Made by a program: the position numbers and the translations under genes. Of a DNA stretch of 35,817 nt, positions 17,498 to 27,859 are shown piece by piece. The notes below the pieces were generated by a model. The model was given only the letters and a program-made list of their open reading frames with translations, made no database searches and was not told where the DNA came from. Numbering within the stretch: position 1 is the stretch's first letter; the number at the start of each line of letters is the position of its first letter. Source of the stretch: Dehalococcoidia bacterium (lineage in GTDB: Bacteria; Chloroflexota; Dehalococcoidia; Plut-88900); contig CBDFLQ010000002.1 of assembly GCA_965249275.1 (NCBI GenBank), positions 1 to 35,817 of the forward strand. The letters are read 5' to 3'.

Positions 17498-18595
17498 CTA
17501 ACCTGCCACCTTCTCAGCTATGAGAGCTCCCATTTCAACGGTGCCCGTGGTCTCGGTCCCATCTTCGGCGATGTCAGGTGTACGGTATCCCTCTTCCAAC
17601 ACTCGCTCGACCGCGTCCTCAATCGTTTGGGCTTCCTCATCAAGGCCCAACGAGTACCTAAGCATCATCGCTACGCTGAGAACCATTCCGCAAGGATTGG
17701 CCTTGTTCTGTCCAACGATGTCGGGCGCAGACCCGTGGCACGGCTCGTAGACACCCACCGTTGCCTTCTCCGATTCCTCCATGTTCAAGCTCGCCGAAGG
17801 GAGCATTCCCATGGACCCGGAAAGGACCGCGGTCTCGTCCGTGAGTATGTCTCCAAAGGTGTTTTCGGTGACTATGACATCGAAGCGGGAGGGTTCGCGG
17901 ATCAAGTGCATCGCACAGGTGTCCACCAACAGGTGGTCGAGTTCTACGTCCGGGTAGGAGGGGGCCATTTCCAGCACGATTTGACGCCAGAGTCGGGACG
18001 ACTCCAGCACGTTGGCCTTGTCTACGGAGGTGAGCTTCTTACGCCGCCGCCCCCGAGCCATCTCGAAGCCGACGCGGACTATGCGCCGGATCTCGTGTTC
18101 GGAGTAGGACATCGAGTCCACGGCCCTTCGGCCCCTGCTGGTAGTCCATTGCCTTTTCGGTTTGCCGAAATAGAGGCCGCCCGTAAGCTCCCTGATGACG
18201 ACCATGTCCACACCGTCCAGGCGTTCGGGTTTCAAGGGGGTCGAGTCCCGGAGCTGAGGGTAGACCTTCACGGGACGGATGTTGGCGAACAGGTTGAGCT
18301 TCTTGCGCAGGGCCAATAGGCCCTGCTCGGGGCGGACGGAGGCCTTGGGGTCATCCCACTTCGGACCTCCGACGGCTCCGAACAGGACTGCGTCGCTCCT
18401 CTTACAGATCCTCAATGTTTCGTCGGGCAGGGCCGTGCCACATTCGTCTATCGCACGGCCACCAACAATGCCGTATTCCAAGCTGAACTCGTGTCCGAAC
18501 CGGGATTCGACGGCACGGAGGACGCGGACACCCTGCTCCATAACCTCGGGCCCGATCCCGTCCCCCGATATTACTGCTATTTTTGCTTTAGCCAT
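17498..18595 (-). CDS. leuB: 3-isopropylmalate dehydrogenase
   Basis: GDGIGPEV, GAVGGPKW, RELTGGLYFG, VDKANVL, ENTFGDILTDE, YEPCHGSAPD; start set at MAKAKIAV. Confidence 0.96.
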   Translation of the reverse strand: MAKAKIAVISGDGIGPEVMEQGVRVLRAVESRFGHEFSLEYGIVGGRAIDECGTALPDETLRICKRSDAVLFGAVGGPKWDDPKASVRPEQGLLALRKKLNLFANIRPVKVYPQLRDSTPLKPERLDGVDMVVIRELTGGLYFGKPKRQWTTSRGRRAVDSMSYSEHEIRRIVRVGFEMARGRRRKKLTSVDKANVLESSRLWRQIVLEMAPSYPDVELDHLLVDTCAMHLIREPSRFDVIVTENTFGDILTDETAVLSGSMGMLPSASLNMEESEKATVGVYEPCHGSAPDIVGQNKANPCGMVLSVAMMLRYSLGLDEEAQTIEDAVERVLEEGYRTPDIAEDGTETTGTVEMGALIAEKVAG

Positions 18596-18705
18596 GCTTA
18601 TCTCTTCAATAGGATCGAAGTATGGGCGCCGCGGGCGCAGGTCGTCTGACAATGACCGTGTCTCGGGGCCCAGTTCAGGGAAGAGCGCTCAGGACGGTAG
18701 TAGCC

Positions 18706-20244
18706 CTAGCCTACCGCCACCGTTTCCTTAGCCTCCTCCCGAGAGGCGATCATCCGGTTGAGAGCGTTCATGTAGGCCTTGGCGCTGGCCACGATGATAT
18801 CCGTGTGGGCGCCCCTGCCAATGAAGGACTGGTCCTCGCTTTCGATCCTGATGGTGACCTCGCCCAGTGCGTCGATGCCTTCGGTAACGGACTTGATGCT
18901 GAACTCGGTGAGCTTGTTGGGCACGTCTATTATGCGGTTAATCGCCTTGTAGACTGCGTCCACGGGGCCCGTGCCGACGGCCGCATCGGTTGAGGTGTGT
19001 CCCTCGGGACCCCTGAGCATCACGGTGGCTGTGGGTACTTCGTGGTCACCACAAGCGACCTGGACGTGCTCCAAGTGGTAGGTCTCGTTGATGGTACGGC
19101 GTTCTTCGCCCATCAGGGCCTCGAGGTCGCGGTCGGTGACCTCCTTCTTCTTATCGGCGACGTCTTTGAACGCCTTGAAGGTCTTGCGGAGCTCCTCGTC
19201 GGTCAGGGTGTAGCCGAGATGTTCCAGCCGGTTCCTCAGCGCGTGTCTACCGCTGAGCTTGCCCAAATAGAGGGTGGTCTGAGGCACTCCCACGGATGTG
19301 GGAGTCATGATTTCGTAAGTGATGGGGTTCTTCAGTATGCCGTCCTGGTGTATGCCGGACTCATGCCTGAATGCGTTGGCCCCAACCACCGCCTTGTTGG
19401 GCTGCACGGGCATTCCGGTGAGGTCACTCACCAACCTGCTGGTCCGATAGATCTGTGTAGAGTCGATGCCGGTATTGATTTCGTACAGGTCGTTCCGGGT
19501 ACGGATGGCCATGACGATCTCTTCCAGGGAGGCGTTGCCGGCCCTTTCGCCGATGCCGTTGATGGTGCACTCCACCTGTCTAGCCCCGGCCCGAATTGCG
19601 GCGATGCTATTGGCCACGCTCAGGCCCAGGTCATTGTGACAGTGGACGCTCACCATCGCCTTATGGATGTTGGGGACGTTGTTGAAGATGCCGGTGATCA
19701 GGTCGTAGAACTCCTCGGGGGTGGTATAGCCTACGGTATCGGGTATGTTTACGGTGGTAGCGCCGGCGTTGATGACCGATTCAAGAATCCTGTAGAGGTA
19801 TTCTCGATTCGTTCGGGTGGCATCCATGGGGGAGAACTCTACGTCGCTGAGGTAGCCTGCTGCCCGGCCCACCATCTCGGTGGCCAGCTCCAGAATCTCC
19901 TCGTGGTTCTTCTTGAGCTGGTACATGAGGTGTAAGTCGGAGCTGGAGAGAAATACGTGGACACGGGGATTCTCTGCGTTGCGAACGGCCTCGTAACAGG
20001 TGTCGATAGCCTTTGCGTGGGCGTGGGCCAATCCTGCAACGATCTGGCCCTTAACCTCCCTGGCGACCCTGCTCACCGCCTCGAAGTCGCCCGGCGAGCT
20101 GTAGGGAAACCCCGCCTCTATCACATCCACACCCAGCTTATTCAACTGGTGGGCTATCTCTACCTTTTCATCTACGTTCAGGGTAGCGCCGGGCGCCTGC
20201 TCTCCGTCCCTGAGCGTGGTATCGAATATCATTACTTTTTCCAT
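18706..20244 (-). CDS. leuA: 2-isopropylmalate synthase
   Basis: [48 protein letters not shown] regulatory domain. Confidence 0.96.
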   Translation of the reverse strand: MEKVMIFDTTLRDGEQAPGATLNVDEKVEIAHQLNKLGVDVIEAGFPYSSPGDFEAVSRVAREVKGQIVAGLAHAHAKAIDTCYEAVRNAENPRVHVFLSSSDLHLMYQLKKNHEEILELATEMVGRAAGYLSDVEFSPMDATRTNREYLYRILESVINAGATTVNIPDTVGYTTPEEFYDLITGIFNNVPNIHKAMVSVHCHNDLGLSVANSIAAIRAGARQVECTINGIGERAGNASLEEIVMAIRTRNDLYEINTGIDSTQIYRTSRLVSDLTGMPVQPNKAVVGANAFRHESGIHQDGILKNPITYEIMTPTSVGVPQTTLYLGKLSGRHALRNRLEHLGYTLTDEELRKTFKAFKDVADKKKEVTDRDLEALMGEERRTINETYHLEHVQVACGDHEVPTATVMLRGPEGHTSTDAAVGTGPVDAVYKAINRIIDVPNKLTEFSIKSVTEGIDALGEVTIRIESEDQSFIGRGAHTDIIVASAKAYMNALNRMIASREEAKETVAVG

Positions 20245-20298
20245 CTCGAACCTCCCAATGTACCGGTCTGGTAGACGACGAACCCCCTAGCGCCGACC

Positions 20299-21306
20299 TT
20301 ATGTCGGCTTGTTAAGGAAGGACATCATCTCCCGCAATTCCCTGCCGACCACCTCAACCTTGTGGGTCTTGTCCTTCTTACGCATAGCGTCGAAGTTCGT
20401 GCGTCCTTCCCGGTTTTCGGCAATCCACTCCCTGGCGAAAGTGCCGTCCTGTATCTCCGTCAACACTTTCTTCATCGATGCACGCACGTGGTCGTCGATA
20501 ATCCTTCCGCCGCGGGAGTAGTCGCCGTACTCGGCGGTGTCGCTAACCGAATAGCGCATGTATTCCAAACCACCCTGATAAATCAGGTCGACGATGAGCT
20601 TGACCTCGTGGAGGCATTCGAAATAGGCGACTTCAGGCTGGTAGCCGGCATCGACGAGGATCTCAAAGGCGGACTTGATCAGTGAAGTGACGCCACCGCA
20701 GAGGACACTCTGCTCGCCGAAGAGGTCGGTCTCCGTCTCCTCCTTGAAGGTGGTCTCCAGCACACCGGCCTTGGTGCAACCCAAGCCCTTGCCGTATGCC
20801 AGCGCGACTTCCCTGGCACTGCCGCTGGCATCCTGATGGATAGCGATGAGAGCGGGCACGCCGACTCCCTCCGAGTAGAGCTCCCGGAGTCGGTGGCCGG
20901 GGGCCTTGGGTGCAATCATGCTCACGTCCACGAAGGAAGGCGGCACTACTTCCTTGTAGTGGATGTTGAACCCGTGGGCGAACATCAGGGTCTGCCCCGA
21001 CTTCAGGTTCTCGGCGATGTGGTCAGTGAAGACGCCGCCCTGACGTTCGTCGGGGATAGTCATCATCAAAATGTCGGCCTCTTTGGCCACGTCAGCCACC
21101 TCGGCGACCCGGAGGCCGGCCTGTTCGGCCTTCTCCCAACTCTTGCTACCCTGGTACAGGCCGACCATTACGTCACAGCCGCTGTCCTTCAGGTTCAGGG
21201 AGTGGGCGTGTCCCTGGCTACCGTAGCCGATCACACCGATGCTCTTCCCATCAAGGGCTGAGATGTCGGCGTCGGTGTCGTAGTAAACCTTTGCATTGAT
21301 TGCCAT
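20299..21306 (-). CDS. ilvC: Ketol-acid reductoisomerase
   Basis: [42 protein letters not shown]. Confidence 0.97.
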   Translation of the reverse strand: MAINAKVYYDTDADISALDGKSIGVIGYGSQGHAHSLNLKDSGCDVMVGLYQGSKSWEKAEQAGLRVAEVADVAKEADILMMTIPDERQGGVFTDHIAENLKSGQTLMFAHGFNIHYKEVVPPSFVDVSMIAPKAPGHRLRELYSEGVGVPALIAIHQDASGSAREVALAYGKGLGCTKAGVLETTFKEETETDLFGEQSVLCGGVTSLIKSAFEILVDAGYQPEVAYFECLHEVKLIVDLIYQGGLEYMRYSVSDTAEYGDYSRGGRIIDDHVRASMKKVLTEIQDGTFAREWIAENREGRTNFDAMRKKDKTHKVEVVGRELREMMSFLNKPT

Positions 21307-21310
21307 GTCG

Positions 21311-21856
21311 TTATACTCCTCCTATATCCTCGTAAACGACGGCCTCTTCGACGCCGTCCCCCCGCCGCCCAGCCACCCCACGAACCATTGCGACCTCGCC
21401 GGTGCGCATCATCTCCAGCACCCCAAAGGGCAAGAGCATGGAGTGCAGGGCTTCTATTTTGTCGGCGTCTCCAGTTGCCTGGATGACCATTGTGTCGACG
21501 TCCACATCGATGATGTCGGCCCTAAAAATGCCAATGACGTTAATTATGTCGTTCCGGTCTCTGGCCAATGCCCTCAGCTTGATCAAGGCCAGCTCCCGGG
21601 CCACGGTCTGCGATCCGGTGATGTCTTTGACCTCCATGACCCCCACCACCTTGCGTAGCTGCCGGGCAGCCTGTACCCGGACTCCCTCTCCACCCTCTAC
21701 CACGATGGTCATGCGGGACAGATTAGGCGTTTCACTGTGGCCTACGGCAAGGCTGGCGATGTTGAAGCCGCGGCGGCGAAACAACCCCGACACCCTATTC
21801 AGGACTCCGGGCTTGTCTTCCACCAGAGCTACCAATATATGTCTCGGTTGTGCCAT
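21311..21856 (-). CDS. ilvN: Acetolactate synthase small (regulatory) subunit
   Basis: [29 protein letters not shown] domain, RELALIK, RTG. Confidence 0.95.
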   Translation of the reverse strand: MAQPRHILVALVEDKPGVLNRVSGLFRRRGFNIASLAVGHSETPNLSRMTIVVEGGEGVRVQAARQLRKVVGVMEVKDITGSQTVARELALIKLRALARDRNDIINVIGIFRADIIDVDVDTMVIQATGDADKIEALHSMLLPFGVLEMMRTGEVAMVRGVAGRRGDGVEEAVVYEDIGGV

Positions 21857-21868
21857 AGCTAGCGGTCT

Positions 21869-23563
21869 CTATCCCATGGCCTGGCTGACGTTTGGGTCTT
21901 CCACCATCGAGCCGACGGAGCCTCCAGGGGGTATGAACGGGTACACGTTCTCCTCAACCGGGACCACGAAGTCTACGATTACCGGGCCATTGTGGGCAGT
22001 GGCCTCCCGTATTGCGGGGACCACTTGGTCCTTCTCGGTCACTCTCAGTCCCATGCACCCGAAGGCATCTGCAAGTTTGACGAAGTCCGGGGCATGGACC
22101 TCGGTGGCTACGTAGCTCTTGTTGTAAAAGAGCTCCTGCCACTGCCGCACCATGCCGTGGAATCCGTTGTTCATTATCGCCAGCTTGACGGGTATTTCGT
22201 TCTGGACCATGGTCAGCACTTCCGACATTGTCATCTGAAAGCCGCCATCGCCGCAGATAGACCACACTACTCTGTCGGGGTTGCCCACCTGGGCTCCCAT
22301 AGCGGCCGGGACCTCGTATCCCATCGTCCCAGCGCCCCCGGAGGTGATGAACCTGCCAGGTTTGTCGGAGACAAATCGCTGTGCGGCCCACATCTGATGC
22401 TGTCCCACGCCCGTAACAATGATCGCTTCGCCAGCCGTCTCCCGGTTCAGATCGGACAGGATGTGTTGGGGCAGAAGGTCATTGGTTTCCCTTATTGTTA
22501 AGGATGGGTGGGTCCGGCGCCACTCGTCGATCTGACCGACCCACTCGGCGTGAATAGTGCGCTCCACAAGAGGGTTGAGCTCGTTGAGTACTTCCTTCAC
22601 GTCGGAGACGAGAGCCAGGTCCACGATCACGTTCTTAGCCACTTCCGACTCATCGATGTCGATGTGTATCTTTTTGGCCCTGGGGGCGAAGAGGTTTACG
22701 TTTCCGGTGACCCGGTCGTCAAACCTCATGCCGATGCCAATGAGCAGGTCCGCTTCGTCGATGGCCATGCTGGCCCAGGCAACACCGTGCATCCCGGGCA
22801 TACCCACGTTCAGCAGGTGGCTACCGGGTATCGATCCGAGGCCCAGGAGGGTGGTTATGACGGGGATCTGAGCCTTTTCCGCAAGCTCCAGAAGCTGGGC
22901 GTGAGCACCAGAGATGTTAACACCCCGTCCCGCTATGATAATCGGCTTCCTGGCGGCTTTTATCATCTCTGCAGCACGTTTGAGATCAGCAGCTTTGAGG
23001 TCCGAGCCGGGATTGTATGTGGGGAGCACCGCAGTCTCAGGATAGCCGTGGAACTCCACCTCTTCGGTCTGGACGTCCTTAGGAATGTCTACCAGCACGG
23101 GCCCCGGGCGTCCGGTGCGGGCCAGGTGGAAGGCTTTCTTGATAGTCATGGGCAGATCGTTGGTGTCCATGACCAGGTAGTTGTGCTTAGTTATAGGCAG
23201 GGTGATGCCCGTAACGTCCGATTCCTGGAAGGCGTCCTTGCCGATCATGGCCCGGGGCACCTGCCCGGTGATTGCGACTATCGGAGCGGAGTCCATCTGT
23301 GCGGTCATGATCCCAGTTACCAGGTTAGTGGCACCGGGCCCCGAAGTGGCCACGCAAACACCTACTTTGCCTGTGGACCGGGCGTAGCCGTCCGCGGCCA
23401 TTGCCGCGCCCTGCTCGTGCCGGACGAGGATGTGGCGGATCCCGGGGTACTCGGGGAGGGTCTGGTAGAAGGGCAGTATTGCCCCTCCGGGAAGGCCGAA
23501 CATCACGTCGACGCCCTCGGCTTTGAGGCATTCCAATACAATTTGAGAGCCGTTCAGTTTCAT
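21869..23563 (-). CDS. ilvB: Acetolactate synthase large subunit, biosynthetic
   Basis: FGLPGGAILP, RHEQGA, TSGPGATN, GMPGMHG, RFDDRVTG, VGQHQMW, GDGGFQM, GMVRQWQ. Confidence 0.97.
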   Translation of the reverse strand: MKLNGSQIVLECLKAEGVDVMFGLPGGAILPFYQTLPEYPGIRHILVRHEQGAAMAADGYARSTGKVGVCVATSGPGATNLVTGIMTAQMDSAPIVAITGQVPRAMIGKDAFQESDVTGITLPITKHNYLVMDTNDLPMTIKKAFHLARTGRPGPVLVDIPKDVQTEEVEFHGYPETAVLPTYNPGSDLKAADLKRAAEMIKAARKPIIIAGRGVNISGAHAQLLELAEKAQIPVITTLLGLGSIPGSHLLNVGMPGMHGVAWASMAIDEADLLIGIGMRFDDRVTGNVNLFAPRAKKIHIDIDESEVAKNVIVDLALVSDVKEVLNELNPLVERTIHAEWVGQIDEWRRTHPSLTIRETNDLLPQHILSDLNRETAGEAIIVTGVGQHQMWAAQRFVSDKPGRFITSGGAGTMGYEVPAAMGAQVGNPDRVVWSICGDGGFQMTMSEVLTMVQNEIPVKLAIMNNGFHGMVRQWQELFYNKSYVATEVHAPDFVKLADAFGCMGLRVTEKDQVVPAIREATAHNGPVIVDFVVPVEENVYPFIPPGGSVGSMVEDPNVSQAMG

Positions 23564-23637
23564 TTCCGATCACCAACTCGGGGCCCTGGGTTCGGGCCTC
23601 CGGGCAACTCGCCTATTTTCAATTTCCTGTGTCGGGT

Positions 23638-23668
23638 AAAAAAAATCCCCACCCCTAAAGGGGCGGAG
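23638..23668 (-). terminator. T-box attenuator terminator
   Basis: Minus strand CTCCGCCCCT-TT-AGGGGTGGGG followed by A and a T-run. Confidence 0.85.
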
Positions 23669-23878
23669 AATCCGCGGTACCACCCTTCTTCATCTCCCGG
23701 CATGCCGGGAGATCTCAGGACCTGTAACGGTTGTCAACCGGCCAAAATTACTTGCCGACTTACGGCTTTCGGATTGGCAGCTCTGAGGCGAGTTCGGGAA
23801 CCTACGACCGCCGGGCTTTCACCTTACCCCGGCTCTCTAGAGGTTTTCGGTATTCCTACTACTCCTCTTCTCAGCCTT
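23638..23878 (-). promoter_or_regulatory. T-box riboswitch, Leu specifier (CUC)
   Basis: Minus strand: stem I with AGTA, AGAGAG and GGTGAAA elements; specifier GAA-CTC (23792-23790); T-box AAGGGTGGTACCGCG; then a terminator. Confidence 0.95.
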
Positions 23879-23900
23879 TCATTTTTTGATTAGTCAGTGA

Positions 23901-23929
23901 AAGTTATCACTTTGCAGATTCGATGTCAA
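23901..23929 (-). promoter_or_regulatory. sigma70 promoter of the ilv-leu leader
   Basis: TTGACA-17 nt-TAACTT with TG extension, about 20 nt upstream of stem I. Confidence 0.7.
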
Positions 23930-24232
23930 GCAAAGCGATACGATTCAGGCACAAGAAGGCTTGCTCCCGAGATTATAGCGAGTTAAAGGCCTGGAAGGCG
24001 AGACCTGCTGAGCGACAGCCTTGGTAGTCTTTCACTTACATGAACTGGAGTAGAGCCTCATATACAAACGGCGCGTTAGTCACGGGTGGCGCTCTTTTGC
24101 CGTCCCTTTTCGACGAACTTGAAGCATGCTCAAGGGTATCAGGAAAGGCTTGGAGTCAGGTGTGATGGAACATTTTAGGCGAGGCAATCGTTATATGATT
24201 ATGGAAAGGGAGAATATGGCTGGAGGCGCGTT

Positions 24233-25864
24233 TTGAAGATACATCGATTGGCCTGGGCGTTATTGGTCATGGCAGCAACGATAGTTGTGGCTTTTGCCTC
24301 GGCTTGCGGGGCATCGGACTCCGGGGCGTCCTTATCGGACCCTGAACGGTCATTTGACATGTCCGACGAGTCCAACCAAGTTGCGATTATGGCCGAGCCA
24401 ACCGCGGTGCTGCTAATGATGAGGGATGGGGAGGCTCTAGAGGAGGAAATAGAGGCATTCGACGACTGGATGGACACCGACAGCGCCTCTATCGGCGACT
24501 CTTCCGAAAAAACCGAAGTTACAGTACAACTGACCTCATTCGCCCAGAACCGCATCATCGTCCACACAGGACGCATGTCCTTGGTTGTGAACGACGTGGC
24601 GGATGCGTTGTCCCAGATCACGGATGTCTCCACTGATCTCGGTGGCTGGGTGGTTGGCTCTAACCGAGTCTCTCAGCATAGCGGATCAATCGCCATTCGG
24701 GTCCCGGCGGGATCGCTGCAGGACGCTTTCAACATGATAGAGGCGCTGGCCCTTGAAGTGGCATCTCGGGAGATTACGAGCCAGGACGTAACGGATGAGT
24801 ATGTGGACATTGAATCGAGGCTGGTGAGCCTCAGGGCAACGAGAGACAGGCTCCTATCGTTCCTGGAGCAGTCGGGGACGATCGAGGATGCCTTGCTTGT
24901 CGAGAAGGAGCTTTCGGCGCTGGAGGAGCGGATAGAGGGGATGCAGGGAAGGATCAACTACCTGAGTCAGACATCGGCATTCTCGCTTATCGAGGTGAAC
25001 CTACAGGTCTCCCCAGTGCAAATCGAGGTTGACCCGGGGCCAGACGCATCGCTGAGGGTGGGTGAGAACGGCCGATTCCGCGCGTCATTCAGAGCGCCGC
25101 CGGGGATAGAAGAATTCTCATTCGTGTGGGATTTCGGGGATGGTACGTCGGCTGCCGGATCAGGAAGCACCCTTAGGCCTGACGGAACACGGCTGACGGC
25201 GACGGTAACGCACACGTATGAAGATGATCGAGATTCCCCATACATCGTCAGGGTTGACCTGACGGGAGCCGGTGAGGAGGGGTTAGCGGAAGGGTCGGCC
25301 TCCATGGAGGCGATAGTGCGGGAGGTCCCAACTATCGACGTGTTTGCCGGAGAGAGCCAGACGGTTGAAGAAGGAGACGAGGTCGACTACGTTGCGCGGT
25401 TCACCCGGCCGGCAGAACTGTGGGACTTCGAATACCAGTGGGAGTTCGGGGACGGGTCTCCGACGGTAACGGGCAGTATCGAAGATTCGGAAAGCCGCAT
25501 TGCAGTGTCCCACGAGTATTCGGACTTCAGGCCCAGGCCGTACGAGGTAGTCGTGACGGTAAGTGCGATGAGCGACGTGGGCCGGGTCAGCTCAACCGAC
25601 TCCTTTACAGTTCATGTCACCAAGGTCGAGGGGTTCGCGGTGGGTGGATGGGATGTGGGGGAGACGGCGAAGACGGCGGTCAGGGCACTGTCGGCGGTAG
25701 GAAAGGTGGCACTGGCCGTACTTATCTGGGTGGGGATATTCAGCCCGGTTATCCTGGTAATAGGCGCAGCCGTGATACTCATCAGGCGGTACGGGTCCCG
25801 GCTCCGCTCAGCGATGCGAGGTGGGCCGAGTCCTTCGGGGTCAAATCCCGGTGGTGAGACATAG
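24233..25864 (+). CDS. Lipoprotein, DUF4349-like domain with two PKD-like domains and a C-terminal membrane anchor
   Basis: Lipobox-like FASAC; IRVPA, DVTDEYVD..SRL, VEKELS..IE..QG..YL..SAFS; WDFGDG and WEFGDGS; hydrophobic C-terminus. Confidence 0.8.
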   Translation: MKIHRLAWALLVMAATIVVAFASACGASDSGASLSDPERSFDMSDESNQVAIMAEPTAVLLMMRDGEALEEEIEAFDDWMDTDSASIGDSSEKTEVTVQLTSFAQNRIIVHTGRMSLVVNDVADALSQITDVSTDLGGWVVGSNRVSQHSGSIAIRVPAGSLQDAFNMIEALALEVASREITSQDVTDEYVDIESRLVSLRATRDRLLSFLEQSGTIEDALLVEKELSALEERIEGMQGRINYLSQTSAFSLIEVNLQVSPVQIEVDPGPDASLRVGENGRFRASFRAPPGIEEFSFVWDFGDGTSAAGSGSTLRPDGTRLTATVTHTYEDDRDSPYIVRVDLTGAGEEGLAEGSASMEAIVREVPTIDVFAGESQTVEEGDEVDYVARFTRPAELWDFEYQWEFGDGSPTVTGSIEDSESRIAVSHEYSDFRPRPYEVVVTVSAMSDVGRVSSTDSFTVHVTKVEGFAVGGWDVGETAKTAVRALSAVGKVALAVLIWVGIFSPVILVIGAAVILIRRYGSRLRSAMRGGPSPSGSNPGGET

Positions 25865-25912
25865 TAAATGAAGGAGCCCTGCGGCTAATCGAGCTATTGT
25901 CCCGATTCAGGA

Positions 25913-26722
25913 CTAGTAGCGGACGAAGAGGCGGTCCAGCTCTGCGACCTGGTCGGGGGTGAGGTTCCAGCCGGAGGCTGCGCAGAATTCGAGGACGCGG
26001 GCTTCCTGGCTGGACTTGGGTATCGGGACCACGTTCTGCTTGGAGATGCACCAGTTGAGGGCCACCTGGGCGCTGGTCTTGCTCAATTCCCCGGCTATTC
26101 GCCTGAGGGCGTTCATGGCCTTGGTGCGCCAGAAGAAGGACAGGGACGCCAGCCGACCCTGGGCCAAGGGACTGAAGGCCAGTACGGTAATCCCGTTCTC
26201 CTGGCAGTATGGCAGCACTTCGTCCTCGATCTCCCGGTCGGCGAGGTTGTAGAGGACCTGGTTGGAGACGATGCGATTGCTCTTCAGGGAGTCCTGGGCT
26301 TCCTTCATCTGGTCGGCGGTGTAGTTGCTGACGCCGATGTACTTCACCTTCCCCTCGTCGACCAAGACCTCCATGGCGCTCATGGTCTCCTTGATGGGGA
26401 CGTTGGGGTCCTGCCAGTGGACCTGGTAGAGATCTATGCAGTCGACACCGAGCCTGGCGAGACTCTGGTTGGCGGCATCAATGACCTGGTCGTACTTGAC
26501 GTTGGCGCCCGAGACCTTCGTCGCGACTAACACGGAGTCGCGGCGACTGCGGACTGCTTCGCCTACCACCTCCTCGGTGCCGTAACGCTCGGCCGTGTCG
26601 AGGAGCGTTGCGCCGGCTTCTATGCCGCGCATCAAGGGCTCGAGGCCTCCGCTGTACTGGGAGGTCCCCAGCCCGATCTCCGGTATCTCGACACCCGTAT
26701 TACCAAGCTCTTTGGTCCGCAT
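25913..26722 (-). CDS. Aldo/keto reductase
   Basis: IGLGT, DTAERYG, ATKV, IDLYQVHW, IGVSNY, FSPL, IPKS; AAGGAG RBS before ATG 26722. Confidence 0.93.
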   Translation of the reverse strand: MRTKELGNTGVEIPEIGLGTSQYSGGLEPLMRGIEAGATLLDTAERYGTEEVVGEAVRSRRDSVLVATKVSGANVKYDQVIDAANQSLARLGVDCIDLYQVHWQDPNVPIKETMSAMEVLVDEGKVKYIGVSNYTADQMKEAQDSLKSNRIVSNQVLYNLADREIEDEVLPYCQENGITVLAFSPLAQGRLASLSFFWRTKAMNALRRIAGELSKTSAQVALNWCISKQNVVPIPKSSQEARVLEFCAASGWNLTPDQVAELDRLFVRY

Positions 26723-27006
26723 TCTTTCTCCTTCTTTGATTGTAATAATCAAAACGTCGTGCCTGTATGATTGTTCCAGGGAAAACCCCGCTGCGGTGGG
26801 CCCCCGAGATGGGGAAGGACGGTGCAGCCCACAGGGGAGTATTGAAGGGTTTTTCCATAGGGGGTAAAGGTAGTACATGGGGTGGGGCCGGGGCAAGGGG
26901 CTCGTGTCACACCCACTCGACAAACGGGTTGGGGCGGGGTTAAATGGCGAGGGGAGGGAGATGGGGGGCGGGGGCTGCTAATAACCGCGATATTGGAGGC
27001 AAAACC

Positions 27007-27849
27007 TTGGCTGGCAATACACTGACAATCGGAAATGTGACGGTGCTGTCGCTATCGGACGGGCACATGGATGGCGCGGTGCGGGATATGTACGGGGACG
27101 AGGTGACCCGGACGTGGGGGTGCGGCTGTGTGTCGCCCGAGGCGGAGCCCGAGTTCTCGACCAACTTGGGGTCTTTCTTGATCCGGTCAGGGGGGCAGAC
27201 CATTATGGTGGACACGGGGATGGGAGATGTGGAGGCTGAGGGCGTCGGAGGGGAGTGGGGCAGCTTGTTCGATGAGATGAAGGCGAACAAAGTGGATGCG
27301 GGGGACGTGGACATGGTGTTCATGACGCATCTGCACTTCGATCACACGGGTTGGAACATATCTCGGAACGGCGACGCCCCGGCTGTCCTGTTTCCCAAGG
27401 CCAGGTACGTGGCCCACGAGATCGACTGGGAGTTCTTCAGGAACGAGCCGGAGGCCAAGGAGAAGTATTTTTACGAAGCGGCCACCGTCGAGCCGCTTTA
27501 CGAGATGGGGAAGCTGGAGCTGGTGTCGGGTAAGGAGCGGGTGATAACCGACGAAATCACTGCGATTCACACCCCAGGCCATACACCGGGCCACATGAGC
27601 CTGCTGATCTCGTCTCAGGGCGAGCAGGGGTTGGTTTTAGGGGACGTGGCGCACCACCCGAAGCAGGTCCAAGAGACGGGATGGAAGGTCATTGCGGACT
27701 GCGATCACGACGTGGCGCGTGAGACGCGAGAGTCGGTGATGAAGATGGTGGAGGAGAAGGGGTTAAAGGTGGCTGCGGGGCACTTCCCGGCCCCGGGTTT
27801 CGGTCAGATTGTGAGGTTGGAGGGGAAGCGGGTGTGGCAGGTGCTGTAG
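27007..27849 (+). CDS. Metallo-beta-lactamase-fold hydrolase (AHL-lactonase/MPH-like)
   Basis: VDTG, THLHFDH, TPGHTPGH, GDVAH, GHFP; GGAGG RBS before TTG 27007. Confidence 0.9.
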   Translation: MAGNTLTIGNVTVLSLSDGHMDGAVRDMYGDEVTRTWGCGCVSPEAEPEFSTNLGSFLIRSGGQTIMVDTGMGDVEAEGVGGEWGSLFDEMKANKVDAGDVDMVFMTHLHFDHTGWNISRNGDAPAVLFPKARYVAHEIDWEFFRNEPEAKEKYFYEAATVEPLYEMGKLELVSGKERVITDEITAIHTPGHTPGHMSLLISSQGEQGLVLGDVAHHPKQVQETGWKVIADCDHDVARETRESVMKMVEEKGLKVAAGHFPAPGFGQIVRLEGKRVWQVL

Positions 27850-27859
27850 GGAGGTGGGG

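Noticed and set aside
22508-23893. Long antisense ORFs (this 461-aa one, also 16528-17328, 18997-19935, 14609-15370 and 141-863)
   Set aside because: Shadow frames opposite well-supported genes, expected with GC-rich codon bias.
26723-27006. N-terminal extensions of AKR and MBL in the ORF track (likewise leuB, rnhA, beta subunit and amidohydrolases)
   Set aside because: Family-typical N-termini and RBS positions favour the downstream starts.
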